DNA from: Chiloscyllium plagiosum
Lineage: Eukaryota
DNA length: 38,197 nt
Direction of reading: 5' to 3'
Assembly (NCBI RefSeq): GCF_004010195.1
Contig: NC_057719.1
Location: 91,294,457 to 91,332,653 of the forward strand
Shown here one piece after another: positions 12,716 to 24,054 of the stretch. The first letter of the stretch is position 1; each line of letters begins with the position of its first letter. Made by a program: the position numbers and the translations under genes. The notes under the pieces were generated by a model that was given only the letters and a program-made list of their open reading frames with translations, was not told the DNA's origin and made no database searches.

Positions 12716-13559
12716 TTTGGTTTGACACTTTTTTTAAAAAAAATTAGGTTAATGTGACGGTCATTCACTGAAACACTCACACAAGGTTGCAGAGTTTCTT
12801 TAACAACAGAAGTTCATTATACAAAACATGAGAACAAAAGTAAAACTCATACGGAACACAATTTCAAAAGATCTTTAAACAGTAAAATTAAGTTTTACAC
12901 GTACTTGCCAACGCCATTACTTTGCAGAATTCCAAACCAGAGAAATTACACCTCTTCATCAACAAGAGATTCGAGTGTTATGGAGGTAAAAGGGAGTCAA
13001 TGTCACAACTGAGTCAGCCATGATCTGACTGAATGGCAAAATAGGGTCATGGGTCTGCCTATTCTTTTTTCTTGTATCATATTCTTATAAAACTTAAGTT
13101 ATTCTAGAACTATTTATGTACTTAACACCAATCAAAATGAATATCTATGAACATTGTTAAAATAATAAAACAGACATCCTCTACAGCTACTCAAAATACA
13201 GGACCTTCTATCTTAAGCATAACAAATTAATAGCCCCACAAAACCAATCGCACTACCTTATTCAAGTACTGGATAATAAACATTATAGTTTTATTTTGTT
13301 AAAGGGTACAAGTCACTGCTGTCTCAAGGAAATAGTTTTGTGAACTAATGCTTCTTATTAGCTGTTTATCTAAATGTGCAAGCACTGGGCATGGCTGCTG
13401 TTGTAAACCAATGTAGCTCACATCAACAGGAGCTCAAGACTTGATCAAGACTTCATATACTGCACCAGATATAGTGGGGAAAATGGTAAAGAGCTACGAT
13501 TCTTCTCTCAATGGTTTTCTTGAAACAATGTGAGTTACTGCATGTTGGGAAAACAAACC

Positions 13560-14040
13560 CAGCTCTCAAACAAACTTTGCAGCAAACATCTCTGATTCCT
13601 GTAACCATTCTGGTAAGTGTTCTTTTCCATCCCTTCAAGGATCCTCTCTTTCCAAATGGGCGACAACCAGAATTGATTATATTATATCAATGGTCTAACA
13701 AGAGGTTTACAAAGGTTCAGCATAACTTCCCTGCTTTCATCCTCAAGTCTTCCATGAAGCCCAAGATCCTGCTACATTTCGCTACTCTCAAAATGTCCTG
13801 CCACCTAAAAATCTTTATGCACAAATCCTTAGATCTTTGTCCTTGTAAAGCCTTGAACTCTGTTATTAGTTATTTGTTTTTTCCTAATTATTTCACCAAA
13901 ATACACTTCCATATATTAACTTTCATCTGCCATCTTACTGTCCATTCTACTTGCATGCCCATCTCCAAGTTTGATAATTTACACAAACCCATATTAAATA
14001 TTCCATGCATATGTAAAGTAAATGTTGCTGCTTGGATTTG
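13560..14040 (-). mobile_element. Old CR1 fragment
   Basis: Decayed motifs equivalent to QFWSP and RTLTRMVTG...LRAG. Confidence 0.55.
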
Positions 14041-14329
14041 TAACCATTCATGATGGCATTGATAGATCTACATAATGACTGACATCCATGTCTTACTACT
14101 CTTGCGCACCAAAATCTCAGTTCTCCAAGAACAGAGTACTACTGAGTTAGTTCCAATAGTGTGTAGAGTGTTACAATGGCCAGTAGGTTAATAAGAAGAG
14201 TTAACGGACATACACACTGGGGTTAATGTCAGAAAATGCTAGAGAGAATATATGCTGCCAACCATTTTGCAAGGCTAATTTAGCAACATAACTTTGGACT
14301 TTGTTACCATGGACTTCAGCAAGGCAACT

Positions 14330-15477
14330 ATGGACTTCAACAAGGCATTTGATAAGGTTCCCCATGGTAGGCTCATTCAGAAGGTCAGGAGGAATGGGAT
14401 TCAGGAGAACATAGCTGTCTGGGTACAGAATTGGCTGGCCAACAGAAGACAGCGAGTGGTAGTAGAAGGAAAAATATTATGACTGGAAGTCAGTGGTGAG
14501 TGGTGTTCCACAGGGCTCTGGCTTGGGCCTCTATTGTTTGTAATTTTTATTAATGACTTGGATGAGGGGATTGAAGGATGGGTCAGCAAGTTTGCAGATG
14601 ACACAAAGGTTGGAGGTGTCGTTGACAGTATAGACGGCTGTTGTAGGCTGCAGCGTGACATTGACAGGATGCAGAGATGGGCTGAGAGGTGGCAGATGGA
14701 GTTTAACCTGGATAAATGCGAGGGGATGCATTTTGGAAGGTCGAATTTGAAAGCTGAGAACAGGATTAAGGATAGGATTCTTGGCAGTGTGGAGGAACAG
14801 AGAGATCTTGGGGTGCAGGTACATAGATCCCTTAAAATGGCCACCCAGGTGGACAGGGTTGTTAAGAAAGCATATGGTGTTTTGGCTTTCATTAACAGGG
14901 GGATTGAGTTTAAGAGGCATGAGATCTTGTTGCAGCTCTATAAAACTTTGATTAGACCGCACTTGGAATACTGCGTCCAGTTATGGTCGCCCTATTATAA
15001 GAAAGATGTGGATGCTTTGGAGCTGGTTCAGAGGAGGTTTACCAGGATGCTGCCTGGACTGGAGGGCTTATCTTATGAGGAGAGGTTGACTGAGCTCGGA
15101 CTTTTTTCATTGGAGAAAAGGAGTAGAAGATGGGACCTAATTGAGGTATACAAGATAATGAGAGGCATAGATAGAGTTGATAGCCAGAGACTATTTCCCA
15201 GGGCAGAAATGACTAACATGAGGTGTCATAGTTTTAAGCTGGTTGGAGGAAAGTATAGAGGGGATGTCAGAGGCGGCTTCTTTACACAGAGAGTTGTGAG
15301 AGCATGCAATGCGTTGCCAGCAGCAGTTGTGGAGGCAGGGTCATTGGGGACATTTAAGAGACTCCTGGAATTGCATATGGTCACAGAAATTTAAGGGTGC
15401 ATACATGATGATCAGTGGTCGGCACAACATCGTGGGCTGAAGGGCCTGTTCTGTGCTGTACTGTTCTATGTTCTATA
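14330..15477 (+). mobile_element. Young CR1 LINE, 5'-truncated; uninterrupted 286-aa ORF2 C-terminal portion (14534-15394)
   Basis: DFNKAFDKVPH, KFADDTK, RPHLEYCVQLWSP; (ttctatg) tail. Same subfamily as 5598-7026. Confidence 0.95.
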
Positions 15478-16056
15478 TCAAACAATTAGTGAATTGCATT
15501 GTACCAGAGTACAATATTGTACCAAGGCAAGAACTTCGCAAGCATCTAGAGTGCTTTTGTAGGAGGAGAGATGGGTAAAAAGAAAATGAGTAATATTTTT
15601 GACAAAGTCTGAGTAATTCCCGAGAACCATTCAATCAGCACATAAAATTAAATACCACTGATCCAAATATGCAAACTGAAGACAGTGCAATAATCTGTTC
15701 AAATGTAAACGTATAAATAGAAATTACATCTATTTAGGTCCACGCAGAACCTCGCAAAATTCAATATGTAAAAGTGAGACATCAACAAATATTATCACAG
15801 AATATCTGAAAGAGATTCAAAGAGAATTGAAATTTCAAAAAGATGGACAAATATTTAAATGAGCTTCAGACAAAAATTAAGGTTCTGTTAAATATATTCC
15901 ATTATAATATAAAACCCAATTTTTTTTGAGGGGAGGGATTATGGTGCAAAGCTACACGTAGCTGAATACAAGGACAAAGGTATTGTCATACTAGACATTA
16001 TTAAGTTAAAAATCACACAACACCAGGTTATAGTCCAACAGGTTTAATTGGAAGCA

Positions 16057-16091
16057 CACTAGCTTTCGGAGCGACGCTCCTTCATCAGGCG
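16057..16091 (-). ncRNA. Minimal type I hammerhead motif (family B), sense to the TTBK pre-mRNA
   Basis: CGC-CTGATGA-A-GGAGC(GTC)GCTCC-GAAA-GC-TA^GTG; palindromic AGCT stem III. Confidence 0.7.
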
Positions 16092-16100
16092 ATTGACAAT

Positions 16101-16135
16101 CATCTGATGAAGGAGCGTCCCTCCGAAAGCTAGTG
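16101..16135 (+). ncRNA. Minimal type I hammerhead motif (family B)
   Basis: CAT-CTGATGA-A-GGAG(CGTCC)CTCC-GAAA-GC-TA^GTG. Confidence 0.7.
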
Positions 16136-17067
16136 TGCTTCCAATTAAACCTGTTGGACTATAACCTGGTGTTGTGTGATTTTTAACTTTGTACACCCCA
16201 GTCCAACACCGGCATCTCCGAATCATAGATATTATTAATGTTAAATCTGTATCATGTTGATTATTGATATTGTCCAACATTCAATCCAGGTTTCAGTTTG
16301 AGCTTGGTCTGCGACAGAGGGATTTGCCTCTTGCAGAATGAAGAGTTTGGACTAGCATTACGTTTAAGAACTATTGGCTGAAATTTTAAAATTCTGTTAT
16401 CAAAATTACATTCACTGCTCCACTCTAATGCCTTCAGTAATGGTAAGAAAGCCCATCATAATTTCAGTGTCAATTAATCTGCAGAGTTTAAGCAGGAAAA
16501 AAAGTCAATAGGAATGACCAAGTATATTTTGCAGAAGACAATGCCAATAGAAATGTTGGGAACACTGATCTTATTTCGTACAAGTGAACATTAAGAGAAG
16601 AGGAAGTCCAGGTGAAGCATAAATTGGCTTATGAATGGTCAGTTCTTGCTGTAAAACTATATCAATTCTATATGAGGTTCAATTTCAATACTGTACTGTC
16701 TATGTAGCTAGGTGAAGTGCTGACAATACCAGTGGTATAAGGAGAGACCAAGATTATAGTTCAAACTGTTTCATCATCTACTGGATAACAGACATCATCT
16801 TCTCAGACAGCATCAATTTATCCTAAACCAGTTTAGGAGCTCTGTGGTCCACCTCCCCGAGGCTGTATAGATTCAAGCTCTTTATGCTTACAGGAAATTG
16901 TCTATTACAAGAAGCAGCTGTAGCAAAGCAATCTGAGGCAAGCTGCATTCTTAGCGGTTTCAATTCACAACTCCAGCAGACCCCAAAATCATCTTTATTA
17001 ATGACAACAATGGTAACAGAGAGGACTCTGAAATAAACAAACATAAATCACGGCATAATAAACATAG

Positions 17068-17295
17068 AGGAGAAAGTGAGGGCTGCAGATGCTGGAGATC
17101 AGAGCTGAAAATGTGTTGCTGGAAAAGCGCAGCACATCAGGCAGCATCCAAGGAACGGGAGAATCAACGTTTCGGGCATAAGCCTGAAACCTGAAAAGCG
17201 TGATTCCTGAAGAAGGGCTTATGCCGAAACGTCGATTCTCCTGTTCCTTGGATGCTGCCTGACCTGCTGCGCTTTTCCAGCAACACATTTTCAGC
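17068..17295. mobile_element. PLE terminal-repeat element, family A, inverted pair
   Basis: Perfect TSD gcataataaacatag (17053-17067 / 17294-17308), 36-nt tail, hammerhead motif at 17203-17237 (+). Confidence 0.82.
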
Positions 17296-17844
17296 ATAAT
17301 AAACATAGCCAGGCTCACAGGGCAGTAATACTATGCAGCAAGGAAACTGGTTCCTTTCAAAATATCACATTGGTGATATTTGTTAGTTTGTCACTTCAAA
17401 TCTGCTTTTTGGAAAAAAATTACCATACAAGAGTAAAATAGAACATGCGTACAGGGAAAAACTGCAGAAACATATAATCAAGCCATGAAATGCACGAACA
17501 TGACTGTTATTGGAAGAAAGACTTTCTTTACTTCAGCATGAGGAGATAAATCCTTGGCACACCTTGGAAGGGATGTCTCAGAGTAGAGAAAGAAGTGAAT
17601 ACTTGAACTCTCAGCACACCCAATCTCACCAGCAAAATAGTAATGAATAATAGTTCCTTTTAAACTTATTACCTTTGTACTAATCTCAATCAGAAAGTGA
17701 AGAAAGGTTTCAAAAAATACTAAGCAATCACCTGCTCAATGATGCTCAGTTTGGGTTCCAGCAGAGCCACTTAGATCCTGACCTCATTAATAGCCTTAGT
17801 CCAAAAATCCAGTCCCTCCACTATCATACTAATTTGTAGCAGTA

Positions 17845-18160
17845 CATGCTGAAGAAATTCACCAAATCTCCTTAGACTTTGCCTTCCAAACATACGAACA
17901 CTTCCATCTAGTAGGATAAGGGCAGCAGATACATGGGAACACTGCCACCATCTGCAAGATTCTCTCTCTCCCCCCCAAAGCCACTCATCCTGCTGACTTG
18001 GAAATACATCATCATTCCTTTTAGTGTCACTGGGTCAAATCCTCAAACTCCCTCTCTAAAGGCATTGTGGGTTTACCTACACCACAGCAGTTCAAGGTAG
18101 CAACTCGGGATGGACAATAAATGCTAGCCCTGCCAACAACCCCCAGTGAGAGAATTAATG
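17845..18160 (+). mobile_element. LINE 3' end (CR1/L2 group)
   Basis: aagggcagcagatacatgggaacac...cagcagttcaag...gggatggacaataaatgctagcc. The tail is shared with the SINE at 24055. Confidence 0.6.
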
Positions 18161-19750
18161 TATCATTGAGAAAAGACATGCTTGCCAAAGCATTTTGTCT
18201 CGCATTTATCAGAACATTTGCAAGCATGCCAACGCAAAACATATCAACACTTATTTATACTGTACCTTATACTTCAACAAAATGTGTCCTTTTCAGAAAT
18301 ACTTAAGTTCCGTATTATCAAACAAAAATCGACTTATTACAAGAGTTTTTGTGTATTCTGAAGTAGGGTATTTATTATTTATTCTAGGGTTAGTAATTAA
18401 TAAAATTCCTCTTTCTTTCACGCATGAAAACCATAGATAGCGATGTTTTCATTTTCTAGTGATCTATATTTTCATTAGAATATAAGAACTGCTTGTTTTT
18501 AAAAAAATGCTGCCGATCAAGAGGAGATTAAAAGGAAGGAAATTGATTCCTTTCCCACACCTAACTATCACCAAGGAATAACTATCAGACCTAAAGGTTG
18601 ATAGTCCCTGGAACCAATGTCCTGCATCTTAGAGCTTGAAGTACCTAGAAATATAGTAGTTACATTTGCTATAATCTTTCAGAATTCCCCACATTCAACA
18701 AGTGCCACAGGGGCCTGAAAAATAACAGATGTTAAAACCTTGGAGGCTTTTAGATGATTACAGCACAGAAAGAGGCCATTCATTCCACTGTGTCTTCACC
18801 TGTCAACAAAGATCTGAGTACACTGATCCTACCTTGACCGACACACCTTGTTGTGGTAACTTCTAAGAATCAATCACCGAAGACGGAGTAGACATTTACA
18901 ATCATGACCAAAACTGTCAGCAGTACTCCAAATGTGGACTAATTAACATTTTATACAGTTCCAGCAAAATCTCCCCACTCTTGTATTCTATTCCTCTACT
19001 AATAAAGGCAAGTATCTTATTAGTAGAGGTCCCCAGGGCAGAATTGTCACCAATTCTACGCATGTCAATCAGCAACAGTGTGCTTGGGCCTTGAAGACCC
19101 AAGCAGCCCGTAAGAAAATTAGAGGGAACACTACATCATGAAATTTGGAAGGGGCTGCCCTTATCCTACTAGATGGAAGTGTTCGTATGTTTGGAAGGCA
19201 AAGTCTAAGGGTTAAAAGGAGTCCTGGGGAATAGTCCTGGGGAAAATTGATGTACAGAGAGATCTGGCTGTTCAGGTCCATTGTTCCCTGAAGGTGGCAA
19301 CACAGATCAGTAGAGTGGTCAAGAAGGCATACGGCATGCTTTCCTTCATCGGACGGGGAATTGAGCACAAGAGTTAGCAGGTCATGTAGTAGTTATATAA
19401 GTCTTTGGTTCAGCCACATTTGGAAAGCTGCATAGAGTTCTGGTGGCCACATTACCAAAAGAATGTGAATGCTTTGGAGAGGATGCAGAGGAGGTTCACC
19501 AGGATGTTGCCTGGTATGGAGTGTACTAGCTATGGAGGAGAGGTTGGGTAGATTAGGATTATTTTCATTGGTAAGGAGGAGGTTGGAGGGGGGGGGAGCC
19601 TGATTGAGGCCTACAAAATCATTAGAGGTGTAGACAGGGTGAGTAGCAAGAAACTTTTTCCCTGGAGTGGTGGACTCCATTACTGTGGGTCATAAGTTCA
19701 AAGTGAGAGCGGAAACATTTAGGTGAGATATACGTGGAAGGTTCTTCACA

Positions 19751-20455
19751 CAGAGAGATGTATAGTATGGAAACAGACCCTTTAGTCCACCCCGTCCATG
19801 CCAACCAAATATCCCAACCCAATCTAGTCCCACCTGCCAGCACCCAGCCCATATCCTTCCAAACCCTTCCTATTCATATACCCATCCAAATGCCTCTTAA
19901 ATGTTGCAATTGTACCAGTCTCCAGCACATCCTCTGGCAGCTCATTCCATACACGTACCACCCTCTGTGTGAAAACGTTGCCCCGTAGGTCTCTTTTATA
20001 TCTTTCCCCTCTCACCCTATACTTATGCCCTCTAGTTCTGGATTCCCCCATCCCAGGGAAAAGACTTTGCCTATTTACCCTATCCCTCCCCCTCATGATT
20101 TTGCAAACCTCTATAAGGTCACCCCTCAGCCTCCGACGCTCCAGGGAAAACAGCCCTAGCCTGTTCGGCCTCTCCCTATAGCTCAAATCCTCCAACCCTG
20201 GCTCAAATCCTTGTAAATCTTTTCTGAACCCTCTCAAGTTTCACAACATCTTTCAGATAGGAAGGAGACCAGAATTGCACGCAATATTCCAACAGTGGTC
20301 TAACCAATGCCTTGTACAGCTGCAACATGACCTCCCAACTCCTCTACTTGATACTCTGACCAATAAAAGAAAGCATACCAAACGCCTTCTTCACTATCCT
20401 ATCTACCTGCGACTCCACTTTCAAGGAGCTATGAACCTGCACTCCAAGGTCTCTT
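19751..20455 (-). mobile_element. CR1 (HER1-type) 3' fragment
   Basis: ORF 19824-20237: LGLFSLERRRLRGDLIEV...FTQRVVRVWNELP. Confidence 0.92.
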
Positions 20456-20532
20456 TGGAGGGTGCCTGGAAAGCATATCCAGCAAAGTTGGTAAGGATGG
20501 GTACGATAGCTTCATTTAAGATGTATCTAGAC

Positions 20533-21456
20533 TGTGGGAAAAGAGCTGCCACCCTTGTCTACCCACAGCATGGCCACAGAGAACAAAATCAAGTCTGTCC
20601 AAACCATACAAGAAACACCCAGAATGCCTCAGCATTGACCAAACAAGCTGACAAGAGAAGCCAGACATGGCCACAGTCACTCCCAATACACTTCCCAAGA
20701 CAAATTAACAATAAGCTTCTTAGACCCGATCAACACAGCTGTCCCAAAGCCTTAAGGGCAGTCTCATACCTCAGTGATATCAAAGCCACACAAAGGACAG
20801 TTCAGACGGAGAGGCACCAGAATATCTCGCTCACGGGAGAGAAACAGTGGAAACATCTTACTGCCAAGAAGATATCACCCCCCTCGAAGAGAACTGGAAT
20901 TTCCTGATCCCACTAAAAACTGTTTGATGCTGCTAGGATGCTTCATTGTATCCACGCTCAGGACATTCTTCTGATAACTGCTTTGTGATTATCACCATTG
21001 CAACTGCATTACTTGATTATCAAGACCATTGTATCTTTCCTATTTTCAATTAGCATCATTGTACAATATTCCTATAAAAAACTGGCTTGATTCTCTGCTC
21101 AGGAAAGAGAAGTCTTGATCCACCTGTACAGAGAGAAAGTGAGAGCTGCAGATGCTGGAGATCAGAGCTGAAAATGTGTTGCTGGAAAAGCGCAGCAGGT
21201 CAGGCAGCATCCAAGGAACAGGAGAATCGACGTTTCGGGCCTTCCTGAAGAAGGGCTTATGCCCGAAACGTCGATTCTCCTGTTCCTTGTATGCTGCCTG
21301 ACCTGCTGCGCTTTTCCAGCAACACATTTTCACCACCTGTACAGAAGTCAGTTCTGTGTCAGCCTAGTCAATTTCTCTCCCAGCTATATTACTTGTAATA
21401 AACAGCTTGTCAATTTCACCCGATCTGGCTTATGTGATCTGGCTATTTCTCCAACA
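20533..21456 (+). mobile_element. Probable solo LTR
   Basis: Interrupts colinear CR1. TGT...ACA ends with imperfect inverted termini, internal TATAAAA and downstream AATAAA, degenerate 5-bp TSD tagac/ttgcc. Confidence 0.55.
21133..21332. mobile_element. PLE terminal-repeat element, family A, inverted pair
   Basis: Perfect TSD ccacctgtacaga (21120-21132 / 21333-21345), 36-nt tail, intact hammerhead core CTGAAGA-A-GGGC(TTAT)GCCC-GAAA-CGTC at 21245-21272 (+). Confidence 0.85.
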
Positions 21457-21809
21457 TTGCCAGAGACCTTAATGGGCAGGGAGCAGAGGGATACAGATCC
21501 TTAGAAAATAGGTGGCAGATTTAGACAGAGGATATGGATCAGCACAGGCTTGGAAGGCTGAAGGGCCTGTTCCTGTGCTGTAATATTCTTCGTTCAATTA
21601 AAAGCCCCAGAAGCAGAGACCAGCAACAGAGCTGCTTCAACAAAACTGGAGTTTGACATCACACGTAACCCGGTAGGTAATTGATATCTCATGACTGGGT
21701 ATCATTCTAAGATCATAAATACACCTTAAAAATTTTATGTAGATAATTTGTATTTTAGAACATAATTTTTTTATAATTAAAGGGTTTTGGCTGTTTCCAA
21801 GGCCAAGAG

Positions 21810-22450
21810 ACCATTAAATATAGAGGAGTAGGGCATTCAGCCCACTGAGTTCACTTCACCTGAAAATTCTCATCTCCACTTTGCTGCCTTTTTCCGATAT
21901 GCCCCGATTCTTATCCTGTCCATCTCAGTTTTGACATTTGATATTCTTAACAAATCAGCTTGGACAGCTTTCTGCAGTAAAGAATTCCACAGATTCATCA
22001 CTCTCAGATGAAATTCTTCCTCATTTCTGTCTTCATTGGTCATCCCCTGACACTGAAGTGAAGTCCGCTGATCTTAGAATTTCCCACAAGGAGTAGCAAC
22101 TTTGCACATCTACTCTGTCAAGTCCCTTGGGAATCTTACATGTTTCAACAATGTTGTATCTCATCAACCTACTCTACCTCTCTTCATCAGAAAAATCTCT
22201 CCATACCAGGATCAATCTTGTGAACATTCTTTGGACTGTTCCCATGAAGTATACGTCTGCCTTTGAAAAGGGGAATACAACTCTTCAGGACTAGCGCCTC
22301 ATATAGATTTAACAATAACTATATTTTAAACGGCATTCCCTTGAAATAATGGTCAACATTCCATTTGTCTTCCCTCTGAACCACTGAACTAGTATGCTAG
22401 CTTTTTTTTTCCATGTATGGGAACCCCTTAAAGACCTCTGCACTGTAGCT
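21810..22450 (-). mobile_element. Old CR1 3' fragment
   Basis: Decayed CR1 3' UTR and ORF2 end (gaatttcatctgagagtgatgaatctgtggaattc on the minus strand). Confidence 0.6.
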
Positions 22451-22558
22451 TTCTGTAATATTGTGTAATATTCCTCATCTGTCTGGAGTCACGTGAGCAA
22501 GTGAATGTGTACTTTGGCTTTGTTTAAATGCTAACTATGAACATCAGAAAAATAAAAT

Positions 22559-22826
22559 GGGGCGGCACAGTGGTTCAGTGGTTATCACTGCTGCCTCTCA
22601 GCTCCAGGGTCCCAGGTTCAATTCCAGCCTGGGGCAACAGTCTGTGTGGAGTTTACACGTTCTCTCCAAGTCTGCATGGGCTTCCTCCAGTTCCCTCCCA
22701 CAATCCAAAGACTGGTGAATTAGTCAGGGGGAAACGTAGGGGAATGGGTCTAGGTGGGTTACTCTTTGGAGGGTTGGTGTGAACTTGCTGAGCCAAATGG
22801 CCTGTTTCCACACTGTAGGAATTCTA
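22559..22826 (+). mobile_element. HE1-type V-SINE with internal deletion
   Basis: ggggcggcacagtggttcagtgg head, V-core and tail. Confidence 0.85.
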
Positions 22827-23264
22827 ACCTTAAAAAAAACTTACAGTAAATACCTACTGCTCTACAACAGCTCAAAAGAAAAAGGAAAATGAAGGTTAGC
22901 ACACCAACTCGTAAATCAGGAAGATCCAGAAAATTTGATAATATTGGACAATACAAATACAACCAGCGTATTTGAAATGCCTTAAAAAAATGTGGCAATT
23001 ACAAGTTGGCCTACCAGTCATGTCAAGTCATAGTACTGAAGCTACAGAAATCCATATACCGTTCCGCATCTTTGCACAGTTAAGATTTTGTATGCAGTTT
23101 ATTTTAAGGCACAGTTATAAATGCCTATAAAACAGCTTTTTTTTTGTTAAGTTCAAATCTCACCATCTCCTACGGTAGAGGTTGAACACATCCTCAGAAC
23201 ATTAGCCTCAGGTTCTGGATTGCTAGTCCACTGACATTACCATTAAGACCACCCCATTTAAATG

Positions 23265-23820
23265 GCATCTTCAACACAGAAATACATCCCAAGGTACTTT
23301 GCAAGGGGAAAAAAAAATCCAAGTAAAGGAAGTAAATATTCCAAGTGACTTATTTTTAAAAAAGTGGAGAGGTACAGGAGTTTAGGTAGAGATTTCCAGA
23401 CTGGAGAACTGGAGTCACAGGGCAACGATGGTAGTGGTTGTGTTTGGAGATAAGTAAAAGGGTAGTGTGAGATTTGTAAGAATCAGAGTGTATTGAAGTA
23501 AACTCACCTTGCTGTGTAGATGGACAAGGTTCCACATGGACAGCAGCATGGCCACAAACAATTTTAAATGCAAGAATAAACGCTGTAATTTGGAGACATT
23601 CCAAGACAAGAAAACATTCAGAATTAACAAGCACACCAGTGGTGATGATATCTCAGGAGACTTTTGGACAAACTAAGTTTATGAAAGCTGGAGAATGGGA
23701 GGCCAGCTGGGAGAAATTTGGAACAAGTCTTAAGATGAAAAATGCATGGAGTTAATTTTCAGTGACAGATGGCTAAGGCAGGAATGGGGGGATAGTGATG
23801 CCAAGAGGGAATAAGATTAA
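23265..23820 (-). mobile_element. Degenerate L2-like LINE 3' fragment
   Basis: Weak resemblance to the L2 ORF2 end and 3' terminus (aaagtaccttgggatg on the minus strand). Confidence 0.45.
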
Positions 23821-24054
23821 CCAAAAGTTGAAATGTTAGGTTTTAAGCGATAAAGCCTAACTGGATCCAATTTTTATAGGGCATATACTTTAAAAAAAAA
23901 CAAATGCTTGATCAAGCAAAAAATTGAAGTTCGACATTCATATATTCCTTCTCATGAGTGCTTGTAGTCAGTGCCGTAAGGAAATGCAGCAACCAGCACG
24001 CAACAAGTTCCCCAATCTGCAATATAAGATGATATTAGATATAACTTCTTTGTA

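Larger units (their letters stand above)
16003..16226. mobile_element. PLE terminal-repeat element, family B, near-perfect palindrome with tail
   Basis: 93-bp arms (16003-16095 / 16097-16189), 37-nt tail, TSD tagacattattaa (15992) / tagatattattaa (16226). Confidence 0.82.
19235..21595 (+). mobile_element. CR1 LINE 3' portion split by a CR1 (-), a solo LTR and a PLE repeat
   Basis: Colinear CR1 pieces at 19235-19750, 20456-20532 and 21462-21595. Confidence 0.8.

Noticed and set aside
13511..14053. 180-aa ORF
   Set aside because: Antisense to a decayed CR1, with no protein motif.
14534..15394. 286-aa ORF as a host or domesticated gene
   Set aside because: It is the C-terminal part of a 5'-truncated CR1 ORF2 with an upstream frameshift and a near-identical sister copy.
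16003..16226. Palindromes as MITEs, pre-miRNAs or CRISPR-like repeats
   Set aside because: Asymmetric tail, variable long TSDs, variable centres and linkage to a PLE body fit retrotransposition. There is no repeat-spacer array.
20275..20907. 210-aa ORF
   Set aside because: Chimeric read-through of antisense CR1, sense CR1 and LTR-like sequence with no recognisable domain.
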